Positions 1-11,870 of a stretch of 64,000 bases of DNA are shown here, piece after piece. The position numbers were made by a program, and so were the translations under genes. The stretch is from Callorhinchus milii (lineage: Eukaryota), in contig NW_024704743.1 in the NCBI RefSeq assembly GCF_018977255.1, forward strand, positions 30,506,001 to 30,570,000. The letters run 5' to 3'. The notes beneath the pieces are model-generated. The model was given only the letters and a program-made list of their open reading frames with translations, ran no database searches and had not been told where the DNA came from. The stretch's first letter is position 1. The number at the start of each line of letters is the position of its first letter.

Positions 1-386
1 TTAAAGTGCAATGTTACATTACGAGTTTCACTGAGCTGGTTACAGTACTAGATCCTGTTAGTTCTGTGCACTTAGTGACCTTGTGAAAAAATGAGAAGGA
101 AGTCCACATGACAGAACCCAAAGCTGCTGCTCTCTCTGTGGAATGGGGAGTTTACAGCCGACTGCACTATTAATGCCTCTAGTACTGCACTCACAACTTC
201 GAGAAAACAATAATTTGTTATGTGAGTGACTGTAATAACTGATATCTTTCACAGCCCATTTAATTTTCTGCTCAAAAAGTTTTTGCAAGAAATTAAAAGG
301 GCAAAAATACAATAGCTTTGCATTGATATATAGCGCCGATCATGTGGAGTAATATCTCGGAGCAATTGCCTGGATAAAAGTCAATA

Positions 387-695
387 AATAATAATAGTAA
401 TCCTTGCATTTGATATAGCCCCTTATCATATCGTTGACATGTCTCAAAGCACTTCACAGAAAATACTGTAAAGTGTAGTGACTGCGTATTTTGTGGGCGA
501 AACCCGGCAGCCTAGCAGTGTCCCACAAACGGTGGATTGAGTGAACATATTAGTATTATTTTTTTGAGGAATTATTATCCCCCAAAATGCGATCCTCCAA
601 TGGACTAACAACTGGGTTCCTACTTACTGCTAGGTAAACAGAGGTGTGTGTGTGTGGAGTAAGAAAACTTGCTTAAGGTTTCGCCCTGACTCGAA
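387..695 (-). mobile_element. Young tRNA-derived SINE with L2-type tail (family A), 5' head truncated
   Basis: (AAT)n-ccttgcatttgatatagc tail plus body (tgtgggcgaaac...gtcccacaaac...ggttcctacttactgctaggtaaacagagg...ggagtaagaaaacttgc) is colinear with the copies at 33185 and 60321. Confidence 0.9.
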
Positions 696-2139
696 AACGT
701 TTATCTAAATAGATAAACGGTTCTACAGCAGTTGGCTACTATACCTAGTATAGGTTGCTGTGGTATAGTTGGTAAAGGTGAGTAGTCAGCTTTAACGACT
801 GCTAAGAACTTTTTTGGTTAAATTATTCCTGACTTTCACTTGGATATTGATGAGCTTAGACTTTTTTTTCTTAACTGAGGTTGCTTCCAGTAACCAAAAA
901 TGTGTCGTCCTTCCCATCTCCACCCATGGAAATGCTGCTTCAGAAGCTTCAGACAGAATATCTCAGGCATATCCGAAGTGCCACACACTTGGCTCCTCGA
1001 GTCTAAGTTGGGATCTGTTGCTGGGGTGGTGATGGCACACAGACAACACAGGCTTTAGCATGCCGCCCCTTGACAATTGGTGAGCTGTGTGACGAACTGA
1101 GGAACAGATGCAGAGTGGCGGCGTATAATGTTGCATTTCTTCCTTTTGCAACCTTCACAGTGACCATGAGCACTTGAGGAGAGATATTAGTGTATCTTTC
1201 AGCAGAAAGTGAGCAAAATCTAAAGCAAACTCACACGAGACACGCCTTCCATTATTCAAACCAGTGCGCAAGATACAGAATAAACCTACTTGTCTATGAG
1301 GGGGTTTCAGCAGCTTCAAGTGTCATTTTTGGGGGTAAGATTATTCATGAGGGGGGGCAAGCATCTTTCTTGGTCATGCAAAATGGGGTTGAGGAAATGT
1401 AAGGAACTTTGACCTGGTGATTAAAATCTAGATCTGTTGATAGTTTGAGCAGCTGCACAATTTGTCGGCAACGGCATTTGGAGTTAAGAGGAAGAAAGGA
1501 GCCATTTCTGGGAGCTAATTGTAGAAGAGAGATTCTTACTTCAGGGGAATTCTTCACAAATTATGCACACACACACAGTCATTTTTCACAAACCTCAGTT
1601 GTCTTTTATTGCATTGATAAAACGGTGCAAAAAGGATAAGCAGCTTGACTAAATGTAACAGATCACAAGACGAGCCAGTTTAGTGCAAACAGACCTAACC
1701 TTGGGGGACTTCGGAAAACAAGCCCTGATATCTCAAGCTGTTTATCACACGGGTGAACATCTGGCTTGAGGCCCATAGCAGAAAGTGCAGTATAAGATTC
1801 TCCTCATTAATCCTGCAATGCTGCCAAAGGAGGGTTTTAACGCTGTCCCAAAATCTGAGAGATTAGCATTTTTTTTAGTTTATTACATTTTCATTCCTCC
1901 CATCTAATTTTATTTGACATCAGGCAGTAACGAAATCCTGTCCGCAGCTGTTATTTGACACAAATCTTTTCTGCGGTTTTAAAAGCTGAAAACCCGCTGC
2001 CCGAGTAGCTAAGTTGCTAAAGCCGATTGGGTGTTGTCAATTGGGGTTGAGAAAGCACTGGAAAATGTCAGTGAAAATATCACCTCGCACTGGAAGAAGT
2101 GCCTTGAGATGACAGGTATCTCACATCACCTCAGAACTT

Positions 2140-2322
2140 AGGTTTCATCAGTCGGTGTGACGGAGGTAGTGTCCCTGGAGGAGATGTACTTTATGTCTAG
2201 ATGGACACAAGAGAGGGATAGAAGGGAATGGGAGGGAGTAAGGGATGGAGGCCCACGTGGAGTATAAACACCGGTCCGGACTAGTTGGGCCATATGGCCT
2301 GTTTCCGTGTTGTACATTCCAT
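2140..2322 (+). mobile_element. CR1-type LINE 3' end fragment
   Basis: gggatagaaggg...tggagtataaacacc...ttgggccatatggcctgtttccgtgttgtacattccatg resembles the CR1 3' UTR terminus. Confidence 0.65.
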
Positions 2323-3672
2323 GCTTTGCTCTTTCCTTTCCTCTCACTCCCTCCATGAACCCCTCCAACCGGGTTTCCGTGCTGCCCATAGCATGGAAAC
2401 TGCTCTGGTCAAGGTCACAAACAACATCCTGACCATGTGTGACCAGGGCTCCCTCTGCCTCCTCGACCTCTCCGCCATCTTTGACACCGTGGACCACTCA
2501 ATCCTCCTCCACCACCTCTTCTCCCAGTTCTATCCTTGACTGGTTCAGGTCCTACCTTTCACATCGCCTCCACTTCGTCGCAGCAAACAGCTTCTCCTCC
2601 AGCCCCCGCACCATCTTGTGTGGTGTTCCTCAGGGCTCTGTCCTCGGACCCCTTCTCTTCACCCTCTCCATGCTCCCCCTTGGTGACATCATCCGCAGAC
2701 ATGGGGTAAATTTCCACATGTATGCGGACGACATCTAACTCTACCTCTCTGCTTCCAACCTGAACTCGAGGACTACTGGCGTCCTGACCGATTGCCTGTC
2801 TGACATCAAGTCCTGGACGAGGGACAACTTTCTCCAACTCAACGTCAGCAAGACCGAAGCCCTCCTGATTGGCTCGCGCCAGCGCCTCCGCACCTCGGGC
2901 ACTGGCAGCATCAGCCTCCACGGCTGCACACTCAACCTCACTAAGCCAGTCAGGAACCTGAGTATCTTGTTTGACCCTGAACTGTCCTTCTCCCCCACAT
3001 CCGCGCCACGACCGGCACCGCCTACCACCACCTCCGCAACATTGCCATACGCCGCCACTGCCTCACCCCTCAGGCTGCCGAAACCCTCACCCACGCATTC
3101 GTCACCTCAAGGCTTCTCATCGGCCTTCCCAACTCTTCCCTTCACAAGCTGCAGATCATCCAAAACTCTGCAGCTTATGTACTCTCACACCAGGCTCCGT
3201 GACCCCATCGCTCCCACCCTCGCCCGACTCCACTGGCTCCCCATCCCCCAGAGGCTCGAGTTCAAGATCCTCATCCACACCTTTAAGGCCTTGCCTCCTC
3301 CTACCTCTCTGACCTGCTGACTCCCTACCAACCTGCCCGCTCTCTTCGTCCAGCGGGCTCCGGTCTGCTCCATGGCTCCCGCCCGACCCGCCCTACCATC
3401 GGTGGCTGGGCTTTCGGCCTCTCTGTCCCCACGCTCTGGAACTCCATCCCACGGTCCCTTCCCCTCGCTTCCTCCCTTGCCTCCTTCAAGGCCGGTCTCA
3501 AGACCCTTCTCTTCGACCACCTCTTTGGTCGCCCTCCCACCTCTCTGACTTCCCTCACCTCTACACCACCCCTCCCCCATGCTCGGGTCCTGACATCTAA
3601 CTGTTCAGCGCTTTGGGACATCCTCCCGACGTGAAAGGCGCTCTACAAATGTAATTTTGTTGTTGTTGTTGT
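2323..3672 (+). mobile_element. 5'-truncated L2 LINE: decayed ORF2 reverse transcriptase and 3' UTR with (TTG)n tail
   Basis: Frame-shifted RT motifs [40 protein letters not shown] and FHMYADD (followed by a stop), then C-terminal LHWLPIPQRLEFKIL. Ends gcgctttgggacatcctcccgacgtgaaaggcgctctacaaatgtaattttgttgttgttg. Confidence 0.95.
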
Positions 3673-3685
3673 AGCCCCATCATTC

Positions 3686-3928
3686 CCAATAAGCCAGTGA
3701 TCGTGCTTCTGATCAGCATCCAATGACCTCTGCTAAAAGTGTAGATTTGTGGAGCTCAGGCAAGGACAGGATCAAGGTCAGCTTTGATGCCCTCCACAGT
3801 TGAACAGCTTGCCAACACCAGGCTAACACATAAAGAATTGCCTCTTTTGATTAGTTTCAATAGGGCAACCAACACTCATCGAACTATACCTTAGTATGAT
3901 TCACCGCCTTCAAAAAAGGAGGGAAAAT
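3686..3928 (+). mobile_element. Ancient SINE-like repeat (family C), 3' part
   Basis: cttctgatcagcatccaatgacctctgct...aggacaggatc...tgatgccctccacagttgaacagcttgccaacac is shared with 11690, 13950, 43513 and 53260. Confidence 0.65.
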
Positions 3929-4770
3929 AATTGGGGGGAGAGGGGGTGTGGGTGGTGGCAGAGTAAGGGGGGAATTGAAAGAGTTAATTACTTTCTTTTT
4001 TGCTTGTAGAAGAGATTTCCACCAGGCTCCGTGTTACTGCAGGAGATTTCATTCTGCTAGCTGCTTTCGGCTGCATTTAGAACCCAGCAAAAGTCCTTGG
4101 TGACCAATATAGTGAACTTCCTGAAATCATGTAGATAATATTTAAGCATGAAATGTTTCATTTCAAGGTTAAAATTCCATTATAGGGGAGAAAACCTGAA
4201 TATGTTGATTACATTCCTAAACCTTTTAAAGACAAATTTTCCAAACATACAAATGCACCAAAGCCCCTTCTTCTACTGTGAATAAATAGTTGCCATTTAA
4301 TCCCCCCTGCTGTATTTTTTAAAAAAAAACTTTCAGTCTTTCCAGTGTTCTAAAACTATTAATCATTTAAGCTGTGCCAGTGATCAATTCTGCTTGTATG
4401 TGTGTGTTTGTATGTGTGTTCTTCTGCAATGAAGGTGCCGAGCCTGAGCCAGGTTATGATGGAGGGCAAATAGTGAGCAAGGTCGAGATGTGGTGAGAGG
4501 AGCCTGGGCAGGGTCGAGATCAGAGTGAGAGAAGACCTAATTACGAAACCAGTTACAAAAATAATTTGAATGGTTTTATTCCATTAGGTTTTTTTTTTTG
4601 GCTGGGGGGAGGGGGGGGGAAGGAATGAAATGATCCAAAAGCAAAATGTTAGCCACAATGGCTTATTTGTAAATGGCACATTTTCAGTCCCTAAGTTCAT
4701 TCCAATTGGAGAACCATGCTAGTTATTTCATGTCTGAGTTCAGGTACATGTTTGAGTTAAGAGGTTCATT

Positions 4771-4885
4771 ACACAGAAACACACAGAACATTACAGCATG
4801 GAAAGATAACATTCGGCTCAGCTTGTCTGTGCCCGCATTTATATTCCACATGAGCCTCCATCAGCTTAATGCTTTCTCACCCCAA
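4771..4885 (-). mobile_element. CR1-type LINE 3' end fragment
   Basis: Reverse-complement similarity to the CR1 tail at 2240-2322. Confidence 0.5.
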
Positions 4886-5651
4886 TGAGAGCAGCATTGG
4901 ACACTGCAGCTAGTCACAAGTGACACAGCAAACATTTAATAATTCTGAACACCAAAGAGAGATCAATGAACTTTAACCTTAAGTTTGGCTTATTGTAAAA
5001 GCATTCTCATTTGGGTGATTTCTGCAACGTTCCCAGATCATTTCCCCACAACCTAAGAAGCCTCAACTGAGAAATCACATTGAAGGAAAATCGCTTCACT
5101 CCGCACGTACTGTCAATTATTTTAAAGGGGTGGCATCCTTTGTGCCCGATTAAAAGTTTTCCATTGGAAAGAAATCTCTCAAAAACATCATGGGCATTTT
5201 TCCTTTTTTTAAAAAAATAGCTCCACAAGAAAGATATGCATTCTGTTTCCATTTTTTTTAAAAAAATCATTTGCTTTGAAATTGAGAACACACGTATGGC
5301 ATGCTTTGAAGTGAACGTTTGTGGGGGTTGACTGAATATGATATTATTGATTTCCATAACTGGTCCCTCTCCTCAAAAAAAATGATATTAATTTATCCAG
5401 CACATTAAAGGGAGCCTTTGATCTGAGTTGTCGCAGGAGTTTTCATACATTATACAAGGAGTAATTATTAAGCCATCCCTCTACTGTACAACACGATCAA
5501 TCTCGTTGAGAGGCACAATCAGCCATGGGGGATGTCTGGGAGCTTTCTTTCTCCTCTTCCAGCCAAAACATTTCGCAGGCTGCGGTCGTAGGTCACCAAC
5601 TGTCAAAACAAAAACACGGTCTAGAAATTGAATTCCTTTTTGGGAATGTAG

Positions 5652-5688
5652 CAGAGAGTGAGAGAGAGAGAGCAACAGAGAGAGAGAG
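5652..5688. repeat. (AG)n microsatellite, imperfect
   Basis: Direct reading. Confidence 0.85.
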
Positions 5689-5885
5689 CTTCAGAAATAA
5701 TGAGTTCAATGATATAATATGCCTCTTTGAAGCTGAATGAGAGAGTGGACTCAGAATATCATTTCAAGCGTTAATTCAACACCTTATTCCAACAGGCTTG
5801 GAATCCGGAGAATTCGCTCATAAATATTAGGGGGGAAAAAAGCATTCTGTGAGGTAGTGCGCACAAGTCCTGCAAACTGTAGACT

Positions 5886-5952
5886 ATAATAATCCTTGCA
5901 TTTGATATAGCACTTTTCACATCTTGTCGACGTCTCAAAGCGCTTCACAGAA
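5886..5952 (-). mobile_element. Family A SINE 3' fragment
   Basis: ataataatccttgcatttgatatagcac...gacgtctcaaagcgcttcacagaa. Confidence 0.85.
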
Positions 5953-5960
5953 AAAAAACT

Positions 5961-6483
5961 TTACTTAAAAAAAACTGCAGGGCCCCAGTGTGCATGTTCC
6001 TGATCTGATAAAGAAAGCCACTGTACTTAAGTTGGGGGGAGGGGTTGAGGGAACGATTTAGTCTACGACAGAGTTGGGCTTGGGAAGTTGAGCTGCACAA
6101 GATGGATTCCCATATCTGAGTAATTCCAAATCTCTCTTTAAAGTCTCTGCTTTCAAGGGAGTTGTATTTCTTCTTTGCCAGTGGGTGTACAGTTCACCTC
6201 CACTCCCCCCTTTCCCAAACCAACCTCATACATACTTCCCGTGCTGTTTGGAACAGCGCAGCCATTTGGCTGGCTGGGCTGAGAGGTGATCTAACACAGT
6301 AGCTCTAATCATAGCGGAAGGCAGAGTTAGGGCTGCCCATTCTATTTTTAAACATAGTCTCTTTATAAAATAACAACAATATTACTTAAAAAAAAACTGC
6401 AGGGCCCCAGTGTGTACGTTCCTGATCTGATAAAGAAAGCCACTGTACTTAAGTTGGGGGGAGGGGGTGGGGGAATGATTTAG
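5961..6483. repeat. ~100-bp direct repeat pair (5961-6061 and 6382-6483)
   Basis: ttacttaaaaaaaactgcagggccccagtgtg...cctgatctgataaagaaagccactgtacttaagttgggggg...gatttag occurs twice with few differences. Confidence 0.95.
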
Positions 6484-7310
6484 AAAAATCTTTTCACTTT
6501 CCCCACCCACCCTTTGCTTTATTCAGATACAAGTCAGGCCTTGCTGACCCAACTGGATGGGACAAACCTTTCAAGCAAATCAAAAGCCCCACAAGCTCTC
6601 AGAGGAGAGCTTTGAATGCTGTCATGCTCTTGTCAGATGAAAGCTAATTGTATCTCTCACTGACTGATCCCTCCCCGGCTTTGAAAACTTGCAGATTTCG
6701 TTTCACTGGGTGAGGGCAATTTGAAATTCTCTCCAGATGTCAAGGAGCTGCAACTCTGGTGTCTGTAAAGAAAGAGAGGATAAATGTGGAAAAAAAAGTA
6801 CACAACAAAGAAAGCATACAAAAATAATAAATTCATATCTCACTGCAAGTAGGTGGGAGTCCTGTGTGGGAGGTGGGGTGGTGGAAACTAGCGCTGGTGG
6901 TAAGTTCAATAAGCTTGCAGTGCTTGGAAACCGGACAAAAGCACAATCTGATAGTGGTCTTTCCACAGACGATGCAGCCACTACTGACGGACACACACCA
7001 GTTATTTCTGAAACAACAAATGAATCAGTGAGATTTAAAGGGCCATTTCCAGATACTCCTCAGGGTGGCCTGAGTGCTTGGAATCAGGCTGGTCTGAAAG
7101 CTCAGGTTTACAGCCATCAAGTTAAGTGTCGGGCTGTGGCCAAAGGGAGGACCAGTGATGAGGAAGAAGGAATTCATATTGGCCTTAAACAAACGTTCAC
7201 CTCGGACAACAAAGTTGCCTCTTTAACCCTTTGAAGAACACAGACGTGTGAAATATGCTTCTCGCTGCAGCCTCCATTTGAACCAGGGTCATGCTCCACT
7301 GGATGCAAGA

Positions 7311-7600
7311 TCACAAGACAGGCTCGAATGAAGAAGGCCCTTCAGCCCATTTGATCTCGTCTATCCCAGAATATTTACTCTCCTCTCTTCCCATTATATG
7401 GTTAACAGTGAGCAAAGATCACTTGGCACACAGAGCTTTTCTCATCTTGTATTACCCATGCAGTATCCAGTTTATTTTCAATGTTCCTAGTTTTGCCTGT
7501 AACAACCTTTCCTGAGGTAACCACCTCTCCAAACAGTTATTACTCCTCATTCATTTTTGTGTTCCACACTGATCTTAAACCTTTTTGAGTTTCCTTCCTC
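7311..7600 (-). mobile_element. CR1 LINE 3' fragment, degenerate
   Basis: tcacaagacaggctcgaatgaagaaggcccttcagcccatttgatc matches the termini at 8940 and 42721. Confidence 0.55.
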
Positions 7601-7877
7601 TTCCTAATGCATGATGGCATATGCACTGTTTTGAGTTCACCTCCCCAAATGTTAATATTGCTAATCTCATTTAACGGAGTTCTCCTAATAGCTTAGTGCG
7701 TAAATTCACTGTGTGATATGTCACTGAATTGAACACCTCAGAAAGATTGTTTAAGATCAGCTGCCAATACATTCCTTTTTTAATACTGTCCTGGTTTTGC
7801 TGCTTCTTGTAAATTCTATCTGTTATTCATCAGTTTGAACCATTATAAGACAAATTTATTGTAACAATATTGTAATG

Positions 7878-8182
7878 ATAATAATAAGTCTTATACTGGA
7901 TATAGCACTTTGGGACAAACAGTCATGAAGTAAATAATTAATTTTTATCAGGGGGATTACTGGCCAGATCACCGGGAGAAACTCCCTTCTCCTTTTGAAT
8001 AGGGCCATGGGATCTTTAACATGCACCCGAACAGTCAGATGGGACTTCAGTTTAACATCTCACAATACAGCACACTCTGGTTCTGGAGTATCATTATAGA
8101 CTCTGTGTGTTTAAAGTCCCAATATGGGGTTTGAACCCACAACTTTCTGACTCTGAGATGAGAGTGCTGAGCCAGGCTGACA
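7878..8182 (-). mobile_element. Deu-domain SINE (family B, SacSINE1/AmnSINE1-like)
   Basis: gccatgggatctttaacatgcacccgaacag...gtttaacatctc...tttgaacccacaactttctgactctgagatgagagtgct is a Deu core plus tRNA-like head. Confidence 0.8.
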
Positions 8183-8939
8183 TGTTTGTAAGAACTCAAA
8201 ACCCACTAATAAGAACTGCTAAATGTAACTTTAATTGAATCAAAGCACTCTCTGTCATGCATGTTAATATGGTTGTATAATGGGTTTCAAAGGCCCTTAA
8301 AAGTGATGATTCACAAAACCAATCCAAGCACAAACCACTGCATCATCTTTATGATATCTGACACCATAGTTTCCCCATCTTTTAACTTGATCAGCCAAAA
8401 AAACAGAAAATGGCTGTGATAAAACTGTGAAGGGCCTGATCCCCCTCGCACAATTTTAACAAATCCCTTCATTCTGTAATTCCAATCAAACACAGCATGT
8501 GAGATGGACAAGCTTTTGGTGCGAACAATAATCCCGCCTGTTTAAAGTAACAATTTTACATTAAGTAGCACCTTTCATGTCAGGAGGATATCTCAAAGCC
8601 AATTGGGAGTTCGAACTAGGGATGGTAGGAGCTGAGGATGGTTTGGGGGTGAAAGGTAATCAAAACCTCGGAGGAAACTAAACATCTTCAGGCTGGTTTG
8701 GTCTATTTGGCTTAATTTTACATTAAAACATGTCTTTATTAATTAAGCAATTCTCGGTACAGGCCAGCAGATCAAGACGTAATTTTTAAATCTAACTGTT
8801 TAATTTTATTGCTAAGGTTGATAATAGACAGGTCCCTTGGATCACTGATAGTGTTTTCCTACAGATACATAGTCACTACACTCGCCAGCAATAACCTGTT
8901 AAGACCTTCTCAGATGTTTTAACCTTATCAATTCGTAGG

Positions 8940-9103
8940 ATCACAAGATTGATTCAGATGAAGAAAGCCCTTTGTCCTATTTGATCTTATCCTTCCAGAA
9001 TACATCTTCCCATCACAGCATCAAGGTACTTTAAGAATGAATCTGGTGTCCTGGGCTCAACCAGCCTTCCTGGTGACCTGTTCCAGTTATTAATTACCTT
9101 CTG
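8940..9103 (-). mobile_element. CR1 3' end, interrupted by a second CR1
   Basis: Colinear with 42721-42875 and resumes after 9390 (aataaagtaatacttcccggtg vs gtgtaaagaaaaacttgccggta). Confidence 0.65.
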
Positions 9104-9109
9104 CAATTA

Positions 9110-9390
9110 ATATCCAGGGAATTGGAAAGGGACTTAAAGGGAAATGAGGAGATTTTTGTTTTACCCAGAGAGTTGTTACAGGCTGGAATGCACTATCTGC
9201 CTGAAAGGGTGGTGGAAGCAGATTTGATAATAGCTTTCCAAAGGAAATTAGATAGGGACTTAAAAAGGAAAAAAATGCAGGGCTTTGGGGTAAGAGCGGG
9301 GAGTGGGACTAGTTGGCAGTTCTTTCAAAGAGCAGGCACATGCATGATGGGTTGAATGGCCTTCCTGTACTGTAAGATTCTATGATTCTG
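9110..9390 (+). mobile_element. CR1 LINE 3' end
   Basis: tggaatgcac...cctgaaagggtggtggaagcaga...ttccaaaggaaattagatagg...gatgggttgaatggccttcctgtactgtaagattctatgattct (ATTCT-type tail). Confidence 0.85.
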
Positions 9391-9522
9391 AATAAAGTAA
9401 TACTTCCCGGTGCCGATTATTTAAGGAAAAGAATGCATAGGAATAATTCAAAATCCATGAGTTGCTTGTGGTGAGAGTTATTGTGTTGATCTTGAGATCA
9501 TACTAATGTGAGTAATGAGTAA

Positions 9523-9733
9523 CTGAAAACAAAAACAGAAGTCACTGGAAACACTCACCAGATCAGGTAGCATCTATGGAAAAAGAAAGTTAATCAACGT
9601 TTTGGGTCTACGACCCTACGTCAGAACCGACGGCTCACTTTCCCTTCTCTATAGATGCTGCCTGACCTGCTAAGTGTTTCCAGCGACTTCTGTTTTTGTT
9701 TTCAGATTTCCAGCATCTGCAGAATTTTGCATT
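9523..9733. mobile_element. Inverted-repeat (hairpin) element, probably Penelope-like pseudo-LTR derived, flanked by a direct repeat
   Basis: Arms 9523-9590 and 9637-9705 are near-perfect reverse complements. atgagtaactgaa lies at 9515-9527 and 9734-9746. The loop holds a hammerhead-like core on the minus strand. Confidence 0.75.
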
Positions 9734-10307
9734 ATGAGTAACTGAATTGGTTTATATCCTGGAAACCAAACATCAAAGATGGGTCAAGTTAGATCTGAAG
9801 GTAAATGTGGTATGACCTATATGACCTGACTGTTCATTCAGAGGGCAAATACCACTGAGTTCTGAGAGATTTCTCCCCAGTAAAGGATGATAGCTCTTAC
9901 GAATGAGAACTCTATAAGAAGGAATTAGAATTATTCCAATATCACCTCAAACTAACTTTGCTCCCTCAATAACAAAAANTTACTGAATACGACCGTTGAC
10001 ATTTTGCACGAACTAACAGAAAATTGAACTCCAAAAGTGAATCAATTAGAAAAGGACATTTTGGGGTTAAATCGGAGAACTCAAGATTTGATGGGCTTAT
10101 CGCTAAAATAAAACATCAGTACATATGGACATTACTCAGTGTTCCTCTGCACGTATGTGATACCACGTTCCTGTGCCCATCCCCATTGCCATTTGGAAAG
10201 AAACAATTTGTCCCTTTTCAAAACACCATATTCTGCCATTGCCTTACTAAATACCATGGCAAGAAGTCACCTCAAATACTGCATATCACATAATAAGTTA
10301 GATGCAG

Positions 10308-10411
10308 ACAAAATATACAGTCAATTCACTTTACAGTATATTCTGTGAAGCGTTTTGAGATATCTCGAAGACATGAGAAGGCACTATACCAAATGCAAGG
10401 ATTATTATTAT
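10308..10411 (+). mobile_element. Family A SINE 3' fragment
   Basis: caaaatatacagtcaattcactttacagtatattctgtgaagcg...aaatgcaaggattattatt. Confidence 0.9.
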
Positions 10412-11689
10412 ATTGTTTAAGTGGAGGGGAAAAGGGGGATTTCTATCACAATTGTATCCTACACTTTCTAAAACAATATTTATCACATAGAACTGAACAA
10501 ATGGTTTTCAATGGATACCAAAAGATTAGTTATTTCTTTGTTCTGTGCTGCATACTACAGAATAATTAAAATGCCTCTAGCCGTTGTGAACTGCTCATTT
10601 GAGGTATCTACATTTTGTTCTTTAGTTTGCACCTTTATTTCTTTCCCTGCCTATGCTCGCCATAGATTCCCATAAGTTCAAAGAGTGCAAAGACAGAGCA
10701 GAGTCTGCTCTACAGCTTGTAATGCAAAGCTGCTCTTCACTGAACTGTCACCAAGTCTGGTAGGAATGGGGAACGGTGGATAAAGCCTTTGTTGATATAC
10801 AGTGTGTGACATTGCATACATGTACTTTTCCCCACCTGAGAGCTGATGAAACTCATCACACTTCTGACTTTGAGCACAAAGCAACTGTGAGACTTCATTC
10901 ACTCACAACCCCAACAAGATGAAATGAAGGTCTTTTTCTCCTGCAGAGGAACCGCTCACTGCAACATGGATTCATTTAACCATAGTGGGTGAAGGGAGGA
11001 TAACGTCTTACCTCAAGCATTATCAGTGCTTCTGTAATTGATTGATGAAGTGTGCTCTTAAAGTGGAACAGGTCAACTGAACTGTCAGGTCCTCCCTACC
11101 CAGCCATCTGCAATAGAATGCCTTACTGCTATGAATACATATAATTTGTCTGGCAGCTTAGATGCACTCTGATACAAGTTATCCCAACTGTTACAGAAGA
11201 GATTGAGTGGCAGGCGGTCTTTGGACCAAAGCCTCCAACTACATTTGGACTCCATTATAGGGTATATGTATGTATACATATAGCAAAGGTGCACCGGAAG
11301 TGCAGTACACTCTAGCTTCCATCACTAACTGGCTGAATTCCTGCATATTAGCATGCAAGATACAGAAAGCCTCAAAGCAATCACAGTGCCCCAGACAACA
11401 ACAACTTGCATTCATACAGCGCCCTTCAAGCAGGGCAGTGTCTTGGACACTGCTGGAAATACGCGCAAGTGTGCAGGCTGTCGCATATCGGTGACATAAG
11501 CAGAAATGATGTGAGGGAAGTGCTGTGTGGCAGCCAATCTATAGTGTGACCCACTAGAATGTGAGGTCTGATTTTATGTACTCAAACCACCATGTTATAA
11601 TGAGGTCCGGCTGTATCCGGTTGGACAAGTATATACTGCTTGCACTTCAGACTTAGTTGCAAAGTGGAAGCCGATTGGAGTCTGCTATA

Positions 11690-11870
11690 CACTGTCTTGA
11701 ATTAGCTGATTTCAGCCAGGGAAACAATTAACCTCAGCGACGTGCGTTAGAAAAGAATACTAAACCAGAGTTCCTGCTCCTGATTGCTATCCTTTACTGG
11801 AAAATGTGCATGTGGAATGTTGGGTGAAGACAGGATCAGGCTTGCCTATCACACCAACACTCGCTATCAA
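11690..11870 (+). mobile_element. Ancient SINE-like repeat (family C)
   Basis: ttagctgatttcagccaggg...ccagagttcctgctcctgattgctatcc...gggtgaagacaggatcaggct. Confidence 0.65.
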
